Virus record (IMG/VR): IMGVR_UViG_3300045988_043806
Source: a virus
Strand: one strand, 5' to 3'
DNA length: 60,400 nucleotides
How positions within the stretch are numbered: position 1 is the first letter of the stretch; the number at the start of each line of letters is the position of its first letter. The notes below the pieces were generated by a model. That model made no database searches and was not told the origin of the DNA. It was given only the letters and a program-made list of their open reading frames with translations. Of the stretch, positions 1-9,281 are shown piece after piece. A program made the translations under genes and the position numbers.

Positions 1-55
1 TTTTGGCTACCTTAACCCACCGTCTAAAGCCAGTGGGATTGCGGTAGCCTTATTT
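1..55. repeat. 55-nt terminal direct repeat, identical to 60346..60400 (circular-contig overlap)
   Basis: Bases 1..55 (ttttggctaccttaacccaccgtctaaagccagtgggattgcggtagccttattt) recur exactly at 60346..60400, so the unique unit is 60,345 bp. Confidence 0.95.
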
Positions 56-196
56 CAAGGTGTAATCATAAGATTTCCCTGATTTTCTAGGGATTCTGCC
101 CGGTCCTACTGTGTATCCGCTTTTTACCAGGATTCCAGTCATGATTGACCGGTCCTCCACTGTTGAACAAATCAACTCCGCTACTTTTTCCATCGC

Positions 197-1072
197 TTAA
201 TCCTCCAATAATCTCTTTCGCATCTCATCGTATCTATCCGCCGCCTGGTTCATCCTCCAGGATGCCCCGGCTACTCTGTGCGGAAAACACATCGCAAAAA
301 TTCTGTCATATATCCTTTTGTATCTCGTATCCATGTTTTCTTTCATATCCGTCAACATCAAATTAGTTGTCAGAATCAGCGGCTTTCCTGCGAGGTATCT
401 GCTGTCTATCACGTTGTAAACCTTTTCCAGTCCATAATCCGTATTGCGCTCTGTTCCTAAATCATCGATGATAAGCAGCTTTGCATTGTTCAGCCTTGCT
501 ATCAGCTCTGATTCCTCCACCTGCTTGTCCTGTATCATCTGTAATATTTTTACAAATGATGTCATTATTACCGGTATTTTCTGATTCAGCAGTTCGTTTG
601 CAATGCAAGCGGCAGCATAACTCTTGCCGGTTCCAACTGGACCATACAGAAGTAACCCCTGATTGTTCCTGTACATCTCGTCAAAATTCTGCACATAATT
701 TCTGACTATCTTATAAAGCTGTGCATTATCTTTGTTCTGCTGAAATGTGGCAAGGTTGGCGTTTTTCAATCTGTTCTCAATAAGACTTGCTGACCGCAGG
801 CGTTCCATGCGCTGTAATTCCTGTCTGGCCTCTTCCTGCTTCTTTCTATCTTCTTCTGCCTTTGCCTCGCATTTACAGATACAAGGAACCGTAATGGTTG
901 CCCCATCACCGCCGGGGATTTTTACTCTGGTCTGTCTTTTCCCTCTGCATTTTCCGCAATGGATAAGACCGTCCTCGATATAATCTCCCTCGCGCATCAT
1001 TTCCTGCTGTGTTCCTTTTTCTCTTGCAATCCTCTCTGCAAATCCTGTGAACAATTCTGCTGTTCTCTCCAT
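197..1072 (-). CDS. DnaC/IstB-like AAA+ ATPase (replicative helicase loader)
   Basis: 291 aa. Walker A GPVGTGKS and Walker B LLIIDDLG. N-terminal Cys-rich CGKC...CICKC region. Directly downstream of a replisome-organizer-like gene. Confidence 0.85.
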   Translation of the reverse strand: MERTAELFTGFAERIAREKGTQQEMMREGDYIEDGLIHCGKCRGKRQTRVKIPGGDGATITVPCICKCEAKAEEDRKKQEEARQELQRMERLRSASLIENRLKNANLATFQQNKDNAQLYKIVRNYVQNFDEMYRNNQGLLLYGPVGTGKSYAAACIANELLNQKIPVIMTSFVKILQMIQDKQVEESELIARLNNAKLLIIDDLGTERNTDYGLEKVYNVIDSRYLAGKPLILTTNLMLTDMKENMDTRYKRIYDRIFAMCFPHRVAGASWRMNQAADRYDEMRKRLLED

Positions 1073-1088
1073 CTGCTATGCCTCCAAT

Positions 1089-1787
1089 CTATCTGAATGG
1101 GTTTCCCTCATCCTCTTGTAATTCCTCAACCCTATTATTTTCCCGTTTATTCAAGAAGTCCTCAAAAGGTGTATTCTCACTAAGGAACGTCTTGGCGTGT
1201 TTTATGTATTTACTCTCTGTTCTCTCTCGAACCAGTTTTTTCTTGTAATTTTCAGCCGCTTCGCACAATTCATCGGGTGACCATCCATCATTGAGGCGTG
1301 CCTTGTATTTCTTATACGCTTCGCCTTTTCCATCTTTTCTTGGGTATATCCTCCAAAATCTCTGGAAATCTGTGCTGTACTCTGTTTTCTTCGGTTTCTT
1401 TGGTGGCTCCTGCGGTACTTCCTGCTCCGGTGCTTTCTCTTCCGCCATCTCTATTCCAGGAATATCAAGAACCGACTGGGTTTCTTCCATGCCATCCGGT
1501 TTTTTCGGTTCTTCTGTCTGTACCTTTTTCGGTCTACCTCCCAGCTTTCCGTTTCTTCTGTTTATCTCACATCTGGCATCGTACTTGTCGCTATCTCTTT
1601 TGAGCTGTGACCGGATAAAGGAGAAAGCCATTAAAGGCAGTCCTGCCAGCTCTTCACAAGGCAAATCATTCACATAACAGAAGACTGCCTTTATCAGCTT
1701 TCCAGCCTCCTCATCAGACATGAGCGAGAAGTGGTCTATATAATCGTTATAAAGTTGAAAGCTCTTTTTGTCCTCTGACTTTCCCAT
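1089..1787 (-). CDS. phage replisome organizer / DnaD-like replication protein
   Basis: 232 aa. The N-terminal domain ends in NGKLGGRPKK. The C-terminal FQRFWRIYPRKDGKGEAYKKY motif is common in phage DnaD-like initiators. Position upstream of the loader fits. Confidence 0.55.
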   Translation of the reverse strand: MGKSEDKKSFQLYNDYIDHFSLMSDEEAGKLIKAVFCYVNDLPCEELAGLPLMAFSFIRSQLKRDSDKYDARCEINRRNGKLGGRPKKVQTEEPKKPDGMEETQSVLDIPGIEMAEEKAPEQEVPQEPPKKPKKTEYSTDFQRFWRIYPRKDGKGEAYKKYKARLNDGWSPDELCEAAENYKKKLVRERTESKYIKHAKTFLSENTPFEDFLNKRENNRVEELQEDEGNPFR

Positions 1788-1806
1788 TGTATCCGCTCCA
1801 ATTTCT

Positions 1807-2610
1807 CTAAACTTCTGCTACAAGGTCGGCTATTCCTATCGGTCTTTTCAGGACTTTAGTTTCCCGGCAGTAATCGCAGCAATGGCATCTCAAAGGTTCG
1901 ATTTCTCCTCTCTTTACTGCCAGTACGTGATTGATATTTGCTTTTACAACCTCCCTCGCCTCTCTCAGGTAATTATCCTGTACATGGATAATCTCAATAT
2001 TCGGTGTGCTTTCCTTACTGATTCCGGCAATATAGAACGGCAATCTCTTTCCGGTATTCTGATATACGACTTCCTGATATATTGCGCCCTGGATGTCGTA
2101 CCCCCAGTAGCGGACGAAATCTAAGTATCCTATATCTCGCACCCACTCCAATTTTGTAAGGGATGCCATAACTTTAAGGTCCACAATCGCAACTCCCGGA
2201 ATATAACTGTCCATTTTGATTTTCCAGGGTGTTCCATACAGTTCTGCGGTCATTATGACCTGCTTTTCCCCGGACATATATTTCATAAAGAGTTCGTCCC
2301 TCTCTGCTCTCTGAATCAGCGCATCCGCTTTTACATATTCCGCTTTCAGATTTCCATCTTTTTTGAACATTTCCGTGTGTTCACTCTTAAATGCATCAAG
2401 TGTACCCTCGAAATATCTATCAACATAGCTGCCAACCATCAATGCTGTTGAGCTTGCCTGCGCATACTCGCCTTTGAGTTTTGCAAGGGCAGCCTCCTCG
2501 CAAGCCACCCTGCCATATGTACCGTTGAAATCCTTGAACTGGGATACGGACATATACTCATAATTTGCAATGTCTGAATAATAATTTTCTTCTGTCAACT
2601 GCATTCCCAT
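1807..2610 (-). CDS. PD-(D/E)XK exonuclease (DUF3799/RecE-like, Cas4-type Cys cluster)
   Basis: 267 aa. IVDLK core motif and C-terminal CHCCDYC cysteines. Lies in the RecT recombination module. Confidence 0.65.
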   Translation of the reverse strand: MGMQLTEENYYSDIANYEYMSVSQFKDFNGTYGRVACEEAALAKLKGEYAQASSTALMVGSYVDRYFEGTLDAFKSEHTEMFKKDGNLKAEYVKADALIQRAERDELFMKYMSGEKQVIMTAELYGTPWKIKMDSYIPGVAIVDLKVMASLTKLEWVRDIGYLDFVRYWGYDIQGAIYQEVVYQNTGKRLPFYIAGISKESTPNIEIIHVQDNYLREAREVVKANINHVLAVKRGEIEPLRCHCCDYCRETKVLKRPIGIADLVAEV

Positions 2611-2613
2611 TTC

Positions 2614-3573
2614 TTAGACCTCCCTGTACTCTGCTCCAACAAATTTGATATAATCCAGAATCTTTTTATGCTGTTCTTCGTTTCCTCTGACCTGGATTGT
2701 CCAAATCTTTTTGCCTCCACTTAATCCCGGCTGCTGTGTTACCGGATTAGCAATCGTTCCGGTTACTGCCTGCTGATATGCGTGTCTTTCAATGCTTTCG
2801 ATTGCCTTTCCCATTTCAGTCTTAGGTTCTGCAGAAGCGACAGGCTCCGGTGCTTTCTCTGGTTCCTGCGGCTGTTCTTCCTTTTTGGCAAGTGCTTCAC
2901 GCTTTGCCGCCTCTTCTCTCTCCCTCTTCTGTCTTTCTCTTTCCAGAATCATTTCTTTCTGCTTGCGAAGCTCCTGGACCTTAGATAACGCCTCGGATAA
3001 TACCAGATTTCTCTCATATACCTTTTTCGCATCCTCTCTGAAATCTTCCTCAATTCCATCAAGGATGTTCAGGTCGCCTTTTGTATTCTCAAATGCAGTA
3101 TTTACCGCATCCTGCCAGGTTTTCTTCGTGGTGGATTTGTTCTCCCACTTACTGTCATAAATCTTAGATTTCAGCTTAGAGGCAACTGTTTCCGGTAATT
3201 CTGCAAACACTTCTGCCATGTATGCAAGAATTTCCTCTTTTTTCTTCTTTTTCTGTTCCTCTTCGTAATCCTTTACCTGCTTTGCAATCGTATTGATAGG
3301 CTCATCAATAAGCTGTGTCAGCTCCTTTGCCTGTTTTTCCATCTCATTGTATGGCTCCAGGCACTTCTTTTTGACGTCTTTTCTTCTGTCCTCAACGGAT
3401 TCTTTTAACTTTCTAAGATATGCAACGGTTTTCTTCGCATCTGCGATTGAATCATCGTCAAACACAATGCCAGTGTATTTCTTCATCTCTGTGGCAAGTG
3501 CCGTTTTCAATTCTTCAAAATTCCAGTTAATTTTTCCTACTTCCTGTTTTACTACTACCTGTAATTCGTTCAT
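2614..3573 (-). CDS. DUF1351-like phage protein (recombination-module associated)
   Basis: 319 aa. N-terminal INWNFEELK...KKYTGIVFDDDSIADAKK pattern and a long Lys/Glu coiled coil, as in proteins that accompany phage RecT/Erf. Confidence 0.55.
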   Translation of the reverse strand: MNELQVVVKQEVGKINWNFEELKTALATEMKKYTGIVFDDDSIADAKKTVAYLRKLKESVEDRRKDVKKKCLEPYNEMEKQAKELTQLIDEPINTIAKQVKDYEEEQKKKKKEEILAYMAEVFAELPETVASKLKSKIYDSKWENKSTTKKTWQDAVNTAFENTKGDLNILDGIEEDFREDAKKVYERNLVLSEALSKVQELRKQKEMILERERQKREREEAAKREALAKKEEQPQEPEKAPEPVASAEPKTEMGKAIESIERHAYQQAVTGTIANPVTQQPGLSGGKKIWTIQVRGNEEQHKKILDYIKFVGAEYREV

Positions 3574-3588
3574 TTTCTCATCCTCCTG

Positions 3589-4557
3589 TTATTTCCAAGG
3601 TAAATCGTCCATTGCTGATTCATCCGGCATCATAAAACCCATGCCATCAGGTATCGGCTGTGGCTGTTCCTCCTGCTGCTGTTCAAAAGGAATTGCCTGC
3701 TGTGTCGGTTCTTTTGTTTCCTGCGGTTGTGACTGTTCTACCGGTACAGGCTCTTTCTTCGCCTGCTCCATCTGCGCGAACACATCAACCGGCGCGCCAT
3801 TATCCGGTAATGCGGCTGTAGCTGTTCTTCCATCAATGAACACCGGCTGACCGTTTTCAAACTCCACATCGCCGCCTGCAAGATATGCTTTCTGCTGTTC
3901 GATGTTGTCAAAATCAAGGTCAATCAGCTTGCACAATCTGCGGAGGACTGTCTTTTTATACATCTCTCCTGTGCTACTCTTCCAAGCCTGGCTGTCTTTG
4001 GCTTTGGAATATGTATTTCTGACATTCTCGATTTCTTCTACGCTCATGGTGTCATACATCATTGAGCCATCTTTGAAAACTACAATCGCAAAAGCTCCAA
4101 TCATTGGCTTGTTGGAAAACGGCTGTGGTCTGTAGATTACATTCTGAACGCCTGCGTCCACCTCTTCTGTAAAGAAATCATCCTGTCGGACCACTTTTGC
4201 AAAAATGTCCTTAATCGGATTTCTGGAAAATCTCTTGCACATTTTGATTTCGCCTTTATAGTCCGTTTGAAAATTAAGTTCCCCTCCATACGGAATTGCG
4301 TAACATTCTCCGTTGAAATAATCCAACCCCAGATATGCCGCTTTGCACAAGCACACTGCCATTGATTCAAATGTCAGCTTGCAAAGCTCCGTCTTTTTCT
4401 TTTTGTCTTTCAGCATTTCGGAAATAACCGTAACCGTATTCAAGGCGAAACGCTCCTGATTAAATCCTGCTGGCAATGCTGCTTTGTGGGTAGTTAATTC
4501 CTTGATAATCGAACTCTGCACCCCTGAAAGCCACTGTTTTTCTGTCATTTCTGCCAT
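3589..4557 (-). CDS. recT: RecT-family single-strand annealing recombinase
   Basis: 322 aa. LPAGFNQERF...AAYLGLDYFNGECYAIPYGG...GEMYKKTVLRRL pattern. AGGAGG lies upstream of the ATG. Confidence 0.85.
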   Translation of the reverse strand: MAEMTEKQWLSGVQSSIIKELTTHKAALPAGFNQERFALNTVTVISEMLKDKKKKTELCKLTFESMAVCLCKAAYLGLDYFNGECYAIPYGGELNFQTDYKGEIKMCKRFSRNPIKDIFAKVVRQDDFFTEEVDAGVQNVIYRPQPFSNKPMIGAFAIVVFKDGSMMYDTMSVEEIENVRNTYSKAKDSQAWKSSTGEMYKKTVLRRLCKLIDLDFDNIEQQKAYLAGGDVEFENGQPVFIDGRTATAALPDNGAPVDVFAQMEQAKKEPVPVEQSQPQETKEPTQQAIPFEQQQEEQPQPIPDGMGFMMPDESAMDDLPWK

Positions 4558-4813
4558 CGTCTGTAACCTCCTGTTTTTGTGTTTTTATATATCTCTCAAA
4601 TTCCATCATCCCGGTTGAAACTTCATTTATTGCATTTCTGATAAAATATTCTTTTATCACGTCCGGGAGTAAATACGGAATGTAAGATTCATCCTTACCG
4701 GCTACTGCCGCTTTTCTCTCTGCGTACTGCACCAGTTCTGTAAACTTCCTGTCTGTCATGCTGTACCCTTGCTTTTCTGCGTCTTTTCTTATGTCCTCGT
4801 ATAATTCCTGCAT
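4460..4813 (-). CDS. hypothetical protein
   Basis: GAGAGGAG RBS before ATG 4813. No recognisable domain. The 3' end overlaps recT by about 98 nt. Confidence 0.4.
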   Translation of the reverse strand: MQELYEDIRKDAEKQGYSMTDRKFTELVQYAERKAAVAGKDESYIPYLLPDVIKEYFIRNAINEVSTGMMEFERYIKTQKQEVTDDGRNDRKTVAFRGAEFDYQGINYPQSSIASRI

Positions 4814-5006
4814 CAATCAGCACTCCTCTCATCATCCTTATGAGCCATTCCAGAAAAAGCATAAATGCCGGTGCTAACCATTCGCCGCCTATTGCAAAAT
4901 GCCCCTGCGTGTTGTATCTCACTCTGATGAGCACTCCTAACAGTGTGAATCCAACAGTTAATGCTATCCAGTGTTTCACTATCATGCGTTCCAGCATCTT
5001 TCTCAT
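4695..5006 (-). CDS. small membrane protein (C-terminus uncertain)
   Basis: ATGA start/stop coupling with the upstream gene. Two hydrophobic segments (HWIALTVGFTLLGVLI, WLAPAFMLFLEWLI). The last 120 nt overlap the next gene. Confidence 0.4.
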   Translation of the reverse strand: MRKMLERMIVKHWIALTVGFTLLGVLIRVRYNTQGHFAIGGEWLAPAFMLFLEWLIRMMRGVLIDAGIIRGHKKRRRKARVQHDRQEVYRTGAVRREKSGSSR

Positions 5007-5605
5007 TCCTCCCTGTCTATGTAAAAATCATGCCCGCCATGCGAATACAGGTAATTCAGATTATCTCTGTGCCATGTGCTACTGCTTTCACTCTCGAAAT
5101 AGGTTGCTCCCAGGCTGCCGTCCCATTTTTCTGATACAATCATCTGCAAAGCCTCAAAGCATTCTTTGTTCGGCTCAACTTTTTGGAATCTTCCGTTTGC
5201 AACCGGTGTGAATTGCCCTTTTTCGTAAATCACTTCTGACACCGTATCAGGAAATCCCTCTGCTTTTGTTCTATTCAGAACTACCAACATGACAAGAGCT
5301 TTCCCCTCCACATCTTCGCCCTCGGCTTCTGCCATGGCTATTTTGCAAAGCATATAGGCATCATCTGCATTTATTTCTTCATTCATGATTGTGCTGGTAT
5401 ATTCTGTCTTGAATGTTTCCTGCGGTTCCTCTGTGGTAATTGTTTGTGTGTTATCTTCAATAGAAACTTCATAACCAGATACATCCTGCGCTGATGCAGT
5501 ATATCTTTGTTTCCCATGCATACACACTGTCATTTGAACTGTGGCAAACATCATCGCCGCATCAACTACAAGGACCTTAATTTTTCTTTTATGCGCTCTT
5601 TGCAT
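5003..5605 (-). CDS. SleB/CwlJ-type cell-wall hydrolase (Hydrolase_2 domain)
   Basis: 200 aa. N-terminal hydrophobic anchor, then KIAMAEAEGEDVEGKALVMLVVLNRTKAEGFPDTVSEVIYEKGQFTPV, the SleB-family signature. Confidence 0.7.
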   Translation of the reverse strand: MQRAHKRKIKVLVVDAAMMFATVQMTVCMHGKQRYTASAQDVSGYEVSIEDNTQTITTEEPQETFKTEYTSTIMNEEINADDAYMLCKIAMAEAEGEDVEGKALVMLVVLNRTKAEGFPDTVSEVIYEKGQFTPVANGRFQKVEPNKECFEALQMIVSEKWDGSLGATYFESESSSTWHRDNLNYLYSHGGHDFYIDREE

Positions 5606-5744
5606 TGTTATCTCCTTTCAGCGGCGTAACGAATATCCCTAAATCAAGTTCTGGCATCGACTGTACAGCCTCCAAAAGTTCCTCGTCAGAGCAAATATTA
5701 AATTCTTCTTTCAGGACTTCTTTCAGTCTGTCAATCAGTTCCAT
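5589..5744 (-). CDS. small hypothetical protein (51 aa, below ORF-track cut-off)
   Basis: Hand-translated MELIDRLKEVLKEEFNICSDEELLEAVQSMPELDLGIFVTPLKGDNNAKSA. GAGGAAG RBS. Fills the gap between flanking genes. Confidence 0.3.
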   Translation of the reverse strand: MELIDRLKEVLKEEFNICSDEELLEAVQSMPELDLGIFVTPLKGDNNAKSA

Positions 5745-5749
5745 GATTT

Positions 5750-6211
5750 TTACTTCCTCTCCGCCATCATTCGCAGTTCTGTAATAGCCTTATAAACTCC
5801 ATCTAAAGACTGAACCATTTCTTTCAGTTCTTCTCTCTCGGCTGCCTCAACCTTTCCGTCCTCGGCAATCCTCAATAATGTTTTTTGGATTTTGTCGATT
5901 TTCTCATCCTCCAACCCTGAAAGCATTCTTACCGTAATGCCCTCTATGTTCCCTGCCTCTGTTGCTATTGGCAGTTCCTTTCCTATCGGACATTCACTCT
6001 TGCAGTAGATGCATTTCAGCTCTGGTGCGTTGTACACCTCCGCCATCATCACAACCACATCTACAGGAATGTTTTCCGTTATTCCCAATTCGTAATGTGC
6101 AAGGGTTGATTCGGAAATCCCAAGTATTTCAGCCGCCCCGGCTCTGCTGTTCAATCTCTCATTATGTATTGCAGCTCTTTTCCTGCACTCAAAATACACG
6201 TTTTCGTTCAT
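5750..6211 (-). CDS. XRE-family HTH transcriptional regulator
   Basis: 153 aa. HTH at AAEILGISESTLAHYELG. Second gene of the early operon. Confidence 0.7.
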   Translation of the reverse strand: MNENVYFECRKRAAIHNERLNSRAGAAEILGISESTLAHYELGITENIPVDVVVMMAEVYNAPELKCIYCKSECPIGKELPIATEAGNIEGITVRMLSGLEDEKIDKIQKTLLRIAEDGKVEAAEREELKEMVQSLDGVYKAITELRMMAERK

Positions 6212-6232
6212 ATCCTGTAACCATCCTCTATG

Positions 6233-6475
6233 TCAGTTCTCTTCGCTTTGCCCTATACTATTAGCAGGTTGATAAATGGCGTCGTAATCATTGCTGATTC
6301 CCAGGCAATCGCTCACTTTGTTTACTGCCGGTTGGCTGTAAATCCTGCCGTTAATAATTGAGGATAAATATGGTCTTGCCAGCCCGGTTTTTGTTGCCAG
6401 CTCGGACACATCCATGTCCTTGTCAATTAAGGTGTGCTTTACCAACTTGCACCAAGGCGGAAGTCTTTTCTTCAT
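6233..6475 (-). CDS. Cro-like small HTH regulator
   Basis: 80 aa. HTH at VSELATKTGLARPYLSSIING. First gene of the minus-strand early operon, divergent from the cI-like gene. Confidence 0.65.
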   Translation of the reverse strand: MKKRLPPWCKLVKHTLIDKDMDVSELATKTGLARPYLSSIINGRIYSQPAVNKVSDCLGISNDYDAIYQPANSIGQSEEN

Positions 6476-6659
6476 CTCGCACCCTCCCTTTCTCGGTTCC
6501 GCTTATTCTTTACTTTTGTAAGGTTCTCATGTAAAATAATGAGTATGTAATCTTTATTTCATTCTCAAATGCATCTTACATTGGTAACTATAACTCATAG
6601 TTTTGAATAGGTCAACCCCTGTAACGCATTTTTTTGAGTTTTTATTTTAGGAGGTCATT
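6476..6659. promoter_or_regulatory. divergent lysis/lysogeny switch region (promoters and operators)
   Basis: 184-nt AT-rich gap between divergent HTH genes. Palindrome AACTATAACTCATAGTT at 6586..6602. ATGTAA at 6529 and 6545 with inverted TTACAT at 6576. Confidence 0.55.
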
Positions 6660-7019
6660 ATGTTATACGATAGATTTCGTGAAGCCTGTGAAAAGCGAGG
6701 CACTACAATAACACAAGTTCTGCGTGATATAGGGCGTGCAGAGGGAAATACAGGGAGCTGGAAAGCAGGAAAATCCCCGAAACTGGACATTGTTATGGAA
6801 ATGGCTGAACACCTCAACATGACATTGGATGATTTTGTATATGGCGATAATCCACCTATCGCAAAACCATCAACGCAAAATAGTGAGTTATCCGATATGG
6901 AGCAGGAACTTCTTGAGGTTTTCTCCCACATACCGGCGGACAGACAGCAACTGTGTCTGGACTTCTTACGCACTCATATGGTCCAACCCGAAAAGTATGC
7001 CGACAAGATGAACGCGTAA
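6660..7019 (+). CDS. cI-like XRE-family repressor
   Basis: 119 aa. HTH at TTITQVLRDIGRAEGNTGSW. GGAGG RBS. Divergent from the cro-like gene and co-oriented with the integrase. Confidence 0.75.
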   Translation: MLYDRFREACEKRGTTITQVLRDIGRAEGNTGSWKAGKSPKLDIVMEMAEHLNMTLDDFVYGDNPPIAKPSTQNSELSDMEQELLEVFSHIPADRQQLCLDFLRTHMVQPEKYADKMNA

Positions 7020-7087
7020 TCACTTTGGACTATGCCAGATACCGGCGTCTTAATAAACCGGAATAATTTCAGAAAGGACGGTGTGCT

Positions 7088-7273
7088 ATGTCAAAAACTG
7101 ACAATATCATAAAGCTGTATGAGCCATCATCCAAAGGCAATGACAGCGAGCGTGATGCTTACGTTCAGGAACTCCAACGTTTGCTCGCTTGCTATCAGCT
7201 TGCCAGTTCAGATGATAAAAATGTCGTTTGGGCAGTGCTGAACAAATATGCACCGCATATCAACACGATATAG
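7088..7273 (+). CDS. hypothetical protein
   Basis: 61-aa ORF between repressor and integrase. No recognisable domain. Confidence 0.4.
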   Translation: MSKTDNIIKLYEPSSKGNDSERDAYVQELQRLLACYQLASSDDKNVVWAVLNKYAPHINTI

Positions 7274-7298
7274 CCCCAGGCATGGGGCTTTTCTTGTT
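7272..7298 (+). terminator. rho-independent terminator candidate
   Basis: AGCCCC-aggcat-GGGGCT stem-loop followed by TTTTCTTGTT. Confidence 0.6.
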
Positions 7299-7314
7299 GT
7301 ATGGGAAAATCATT

Positions 7315-9054
7315 ATGAGAAATAAATCATTGGCAGGAAGAGCCAATAACCGGGCAGAACGCCCTCGTAAGGTTGCTATTTACATTCGTGTATCTACAAC
7401 CCATCAGATAGATAAGGATTCTCTGCCGATGCAGCGCAAGGACCTTATCGCATATTGTGAACTTATCCTCGGCATTGAGGATTACGAAATATTTGAGGAT
7501 GCAGGGTACTCCGGGAAAAACACCGACCGGCCTGCGTTTCAAGAAATGATGCAGAAAATACGTGCCGGCTCATTCTCCCATTTACTTGTCTGGAAGATAG
7601 ACCGTATCTCTCGTAATCTTCTGGACTTTGCAGAAATGTACGAAGAGCTTCAATCCCTGCGAGTAACTTTTGTCAGCAAAAATGAGCAGTTCGATACTTC
7701 AAATGCTATGGGTGAAGCTATGCTCAAAATCATTTTAGTGTTTGCGGAACTCGAACGCAACATGACATCGGAGCGTGTTACTGCAACAATGATTTCAAGA
7801 GCTAACCAGGGATTGTGGAATGGCGGCAGGATTCCTTATGGATATTCCTACGATGCGGAAACTTCTGCGTTCTCCATCATCCAGGATGAAGCGGATGTGT
7901 GTCAGCTTATGAAAACAGATTATTTTGAGCATAAATCCATTATTCATACTGCCAGGTTACTGAACGATAAGAAAATTCCTACCCGGTCAGGTGCGCTCTG
8001 GTCCCCTACTGCGGTATGGAAAATACTGTCCAGTCCTTTTTACGCCGGTGTCTACCGGTACAACCATTACAAAGGAACTGAAAACAGAACTCTCAACCCG
8101 GAGGAAGAATGGGTGCTTGTCCCAGACCATCATCCTGCAATATTCACTTTGGAAGAACACGAAAAATTATGTGATATTCTTGATGCGAACAAAAGAACCG
8201 CCAATCTTCCAGGGCGAAAACACCGGGCAAAAAATGTGTATGTGTTCTCCGGCATCCTTTATTGCGGAAAATGTGGTAATAAACTGGTTTCCACTCCCGG
8301 CAGATTGCAGGCAGATAATTTCCGCACTACCACTTACTCATGCCCGAAAAAGAGGAAAACGCACGAGTGTGATAATCCATCTGTAAATGATTTGATTGTT
8401 GGAGAATTTGTTATAAATTATATTTTGAATATGCTCAACGCAAAAAGTTCTTTTTCCTCCATCAACTCCCCTGCGGAACTTGAAGAGCGTTTGCTTTATG
8501 GTGGCTCATTCAAGGACGTGCAGCATATCTCGGAAGATGGTCTGAATGAATTTTACAATCTTCTATCTCGGTACGGCTCGGATAGTTCCTATGTCTTTGC
8601 TGTAAAACACCCTCGCAAGAAAAAGGCTGCTGTCAATCCAGAAGTCGAAGCTCTCCGTAAGGATAAGGAAAAGCAGGAACGTGCCTTGAAGCGATTGCAG
8701 GATTTATACCTTTATTCCGAAAGAGCAATGACCGAAAAGGATTTCATCATACAGAAAAATGAAATATCCTCCAGGATTCAGGACATTAACACCCGGCTTG
8801 GTATGGTTACGCACGATGCCAATTCCACATTATCGGATGAGGATTTTGTGCGGCAAGCAAGCCATCTCCTCATTACGAAAAAACTCATTGGTCGGGATTA
8901 TATTTATTATAAAGCCCTGGCACAGACCGTTTCGCCGGATGTCCTCAAAATATACATGGAAACTATTTTAGATTCTGTTTATGTGATTGATGGGCGTGTT
9001 TCCTCCATCGTGTTTAGAAATGGTCTTACTCATACTTTCATATACCAAAAATGA
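7315..9054 (+). CDS. int: large serine recombinase (phage integrase)
   Basis: Resolvase catalytic domain (VAIYIRVSTTHQ...YSGKNTDRPAFQ...VWKIDRISRN), recombinase domain, Cys-rich zinc ribbon (CGKCGNK...CPKKRKTHEC) and C-terminal coiled coil. Start taken at MRNKS (7315), not the track start 7228. Confidence 0.9.
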   Translation: MRNKSLAGRANNRAERPRKVAIYIRVSTTHQIDKDSLPMQRKDLIAYCELILGIEDYEIFEDAGYSGKNTDRPAFQEMMQKIRAGSFSHLLVWKIDRISRNLLDFAEMYEELQSLRVTFVSKNEQFDTSNAMGEAMLKIILVFAELERNMTSERVTATMISRANQGLWNGGRIPYGYSYDAETSAFSIIQDEADVCQLMKTDYFEHKSIIHTARLLNDKKIPTRSGALWSPTAVWKILSSPFYAGVYRYNHYKGTENRTLNPEEEWVLVPDHHPAIFTLEEHEKLCDILDANKRTANLPGRKHRAKNVYVFSGILYCGKCGNKLVSTPGRLQADNFRTTTYSCPKKRKTHECDNPSVNDLIVGEFVINYILNMLNAKSSFSSINSPAELEERLLYGGSFKDVQHISEDGLNEFYNLLSRYGSDSSYVFAVKHPRKKKAAVNPEVEALRKDKEKQERALKRLQDLYLYSERAMTEKDFIIQKNEISSRIQDINTRLGMVTHDANSTLSDEDFVRQASHLLITKKLIGRDYIYYKALAQTVSPDVLKIYMETILDSVYVIDGRVSSIVFRNGLTHTFIYQK

Positions 9055-9081
9055 TACCGGCATGAATGTCGGGAACAAAAT

Positions 9082-9118
9082 AACCCAGAAGCCGCATAGC
9101 TCCTGGGTTTCATTTTAT
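9082..9118 (+). terminator. stem-loop/terminator candidate downstream of int
   Basis: AACCCAG-N14-CTGGGTT followed by TTCATTTTAT, in the convergent gap. Confidence 0.4.
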
Positions 9119-9281
9119 CCCATTATTCAATTATTTTTCAGATGTGGGATTCCTTACTTTTGTAAGAAAACGGTGTTATTCTATAAACATGGCATCCCCG
9201 AACCTTTAGGAATGTAGCCGAAATGTTACATTTGTCAGTATATCATATATATAGGAAGTAATCCAGTTCTTTTTTTCTGTA

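Noticed and set aside
1-55. Interpreting the 55-nt end repeat as a biological direct terminal repeat or cos site.
   Set aside because: The length equals a common assembler k-mer, and the repeat falls inside an IS end hairpin rather than near terS. An assembly overlap of a circular path is the more economical explanation, and it needs read-level confirmation.
7228-7314. Track start of the integrase ORF at 7228, which overlaps the upstream 61-aa ORF and a terminator hairpin.
   Set aside because: The N-terminal extension would be translated through the AGCCCC...GGGGCT terminator. The resolvase domain begins just after MRNKS at 7315, which I use as the start.
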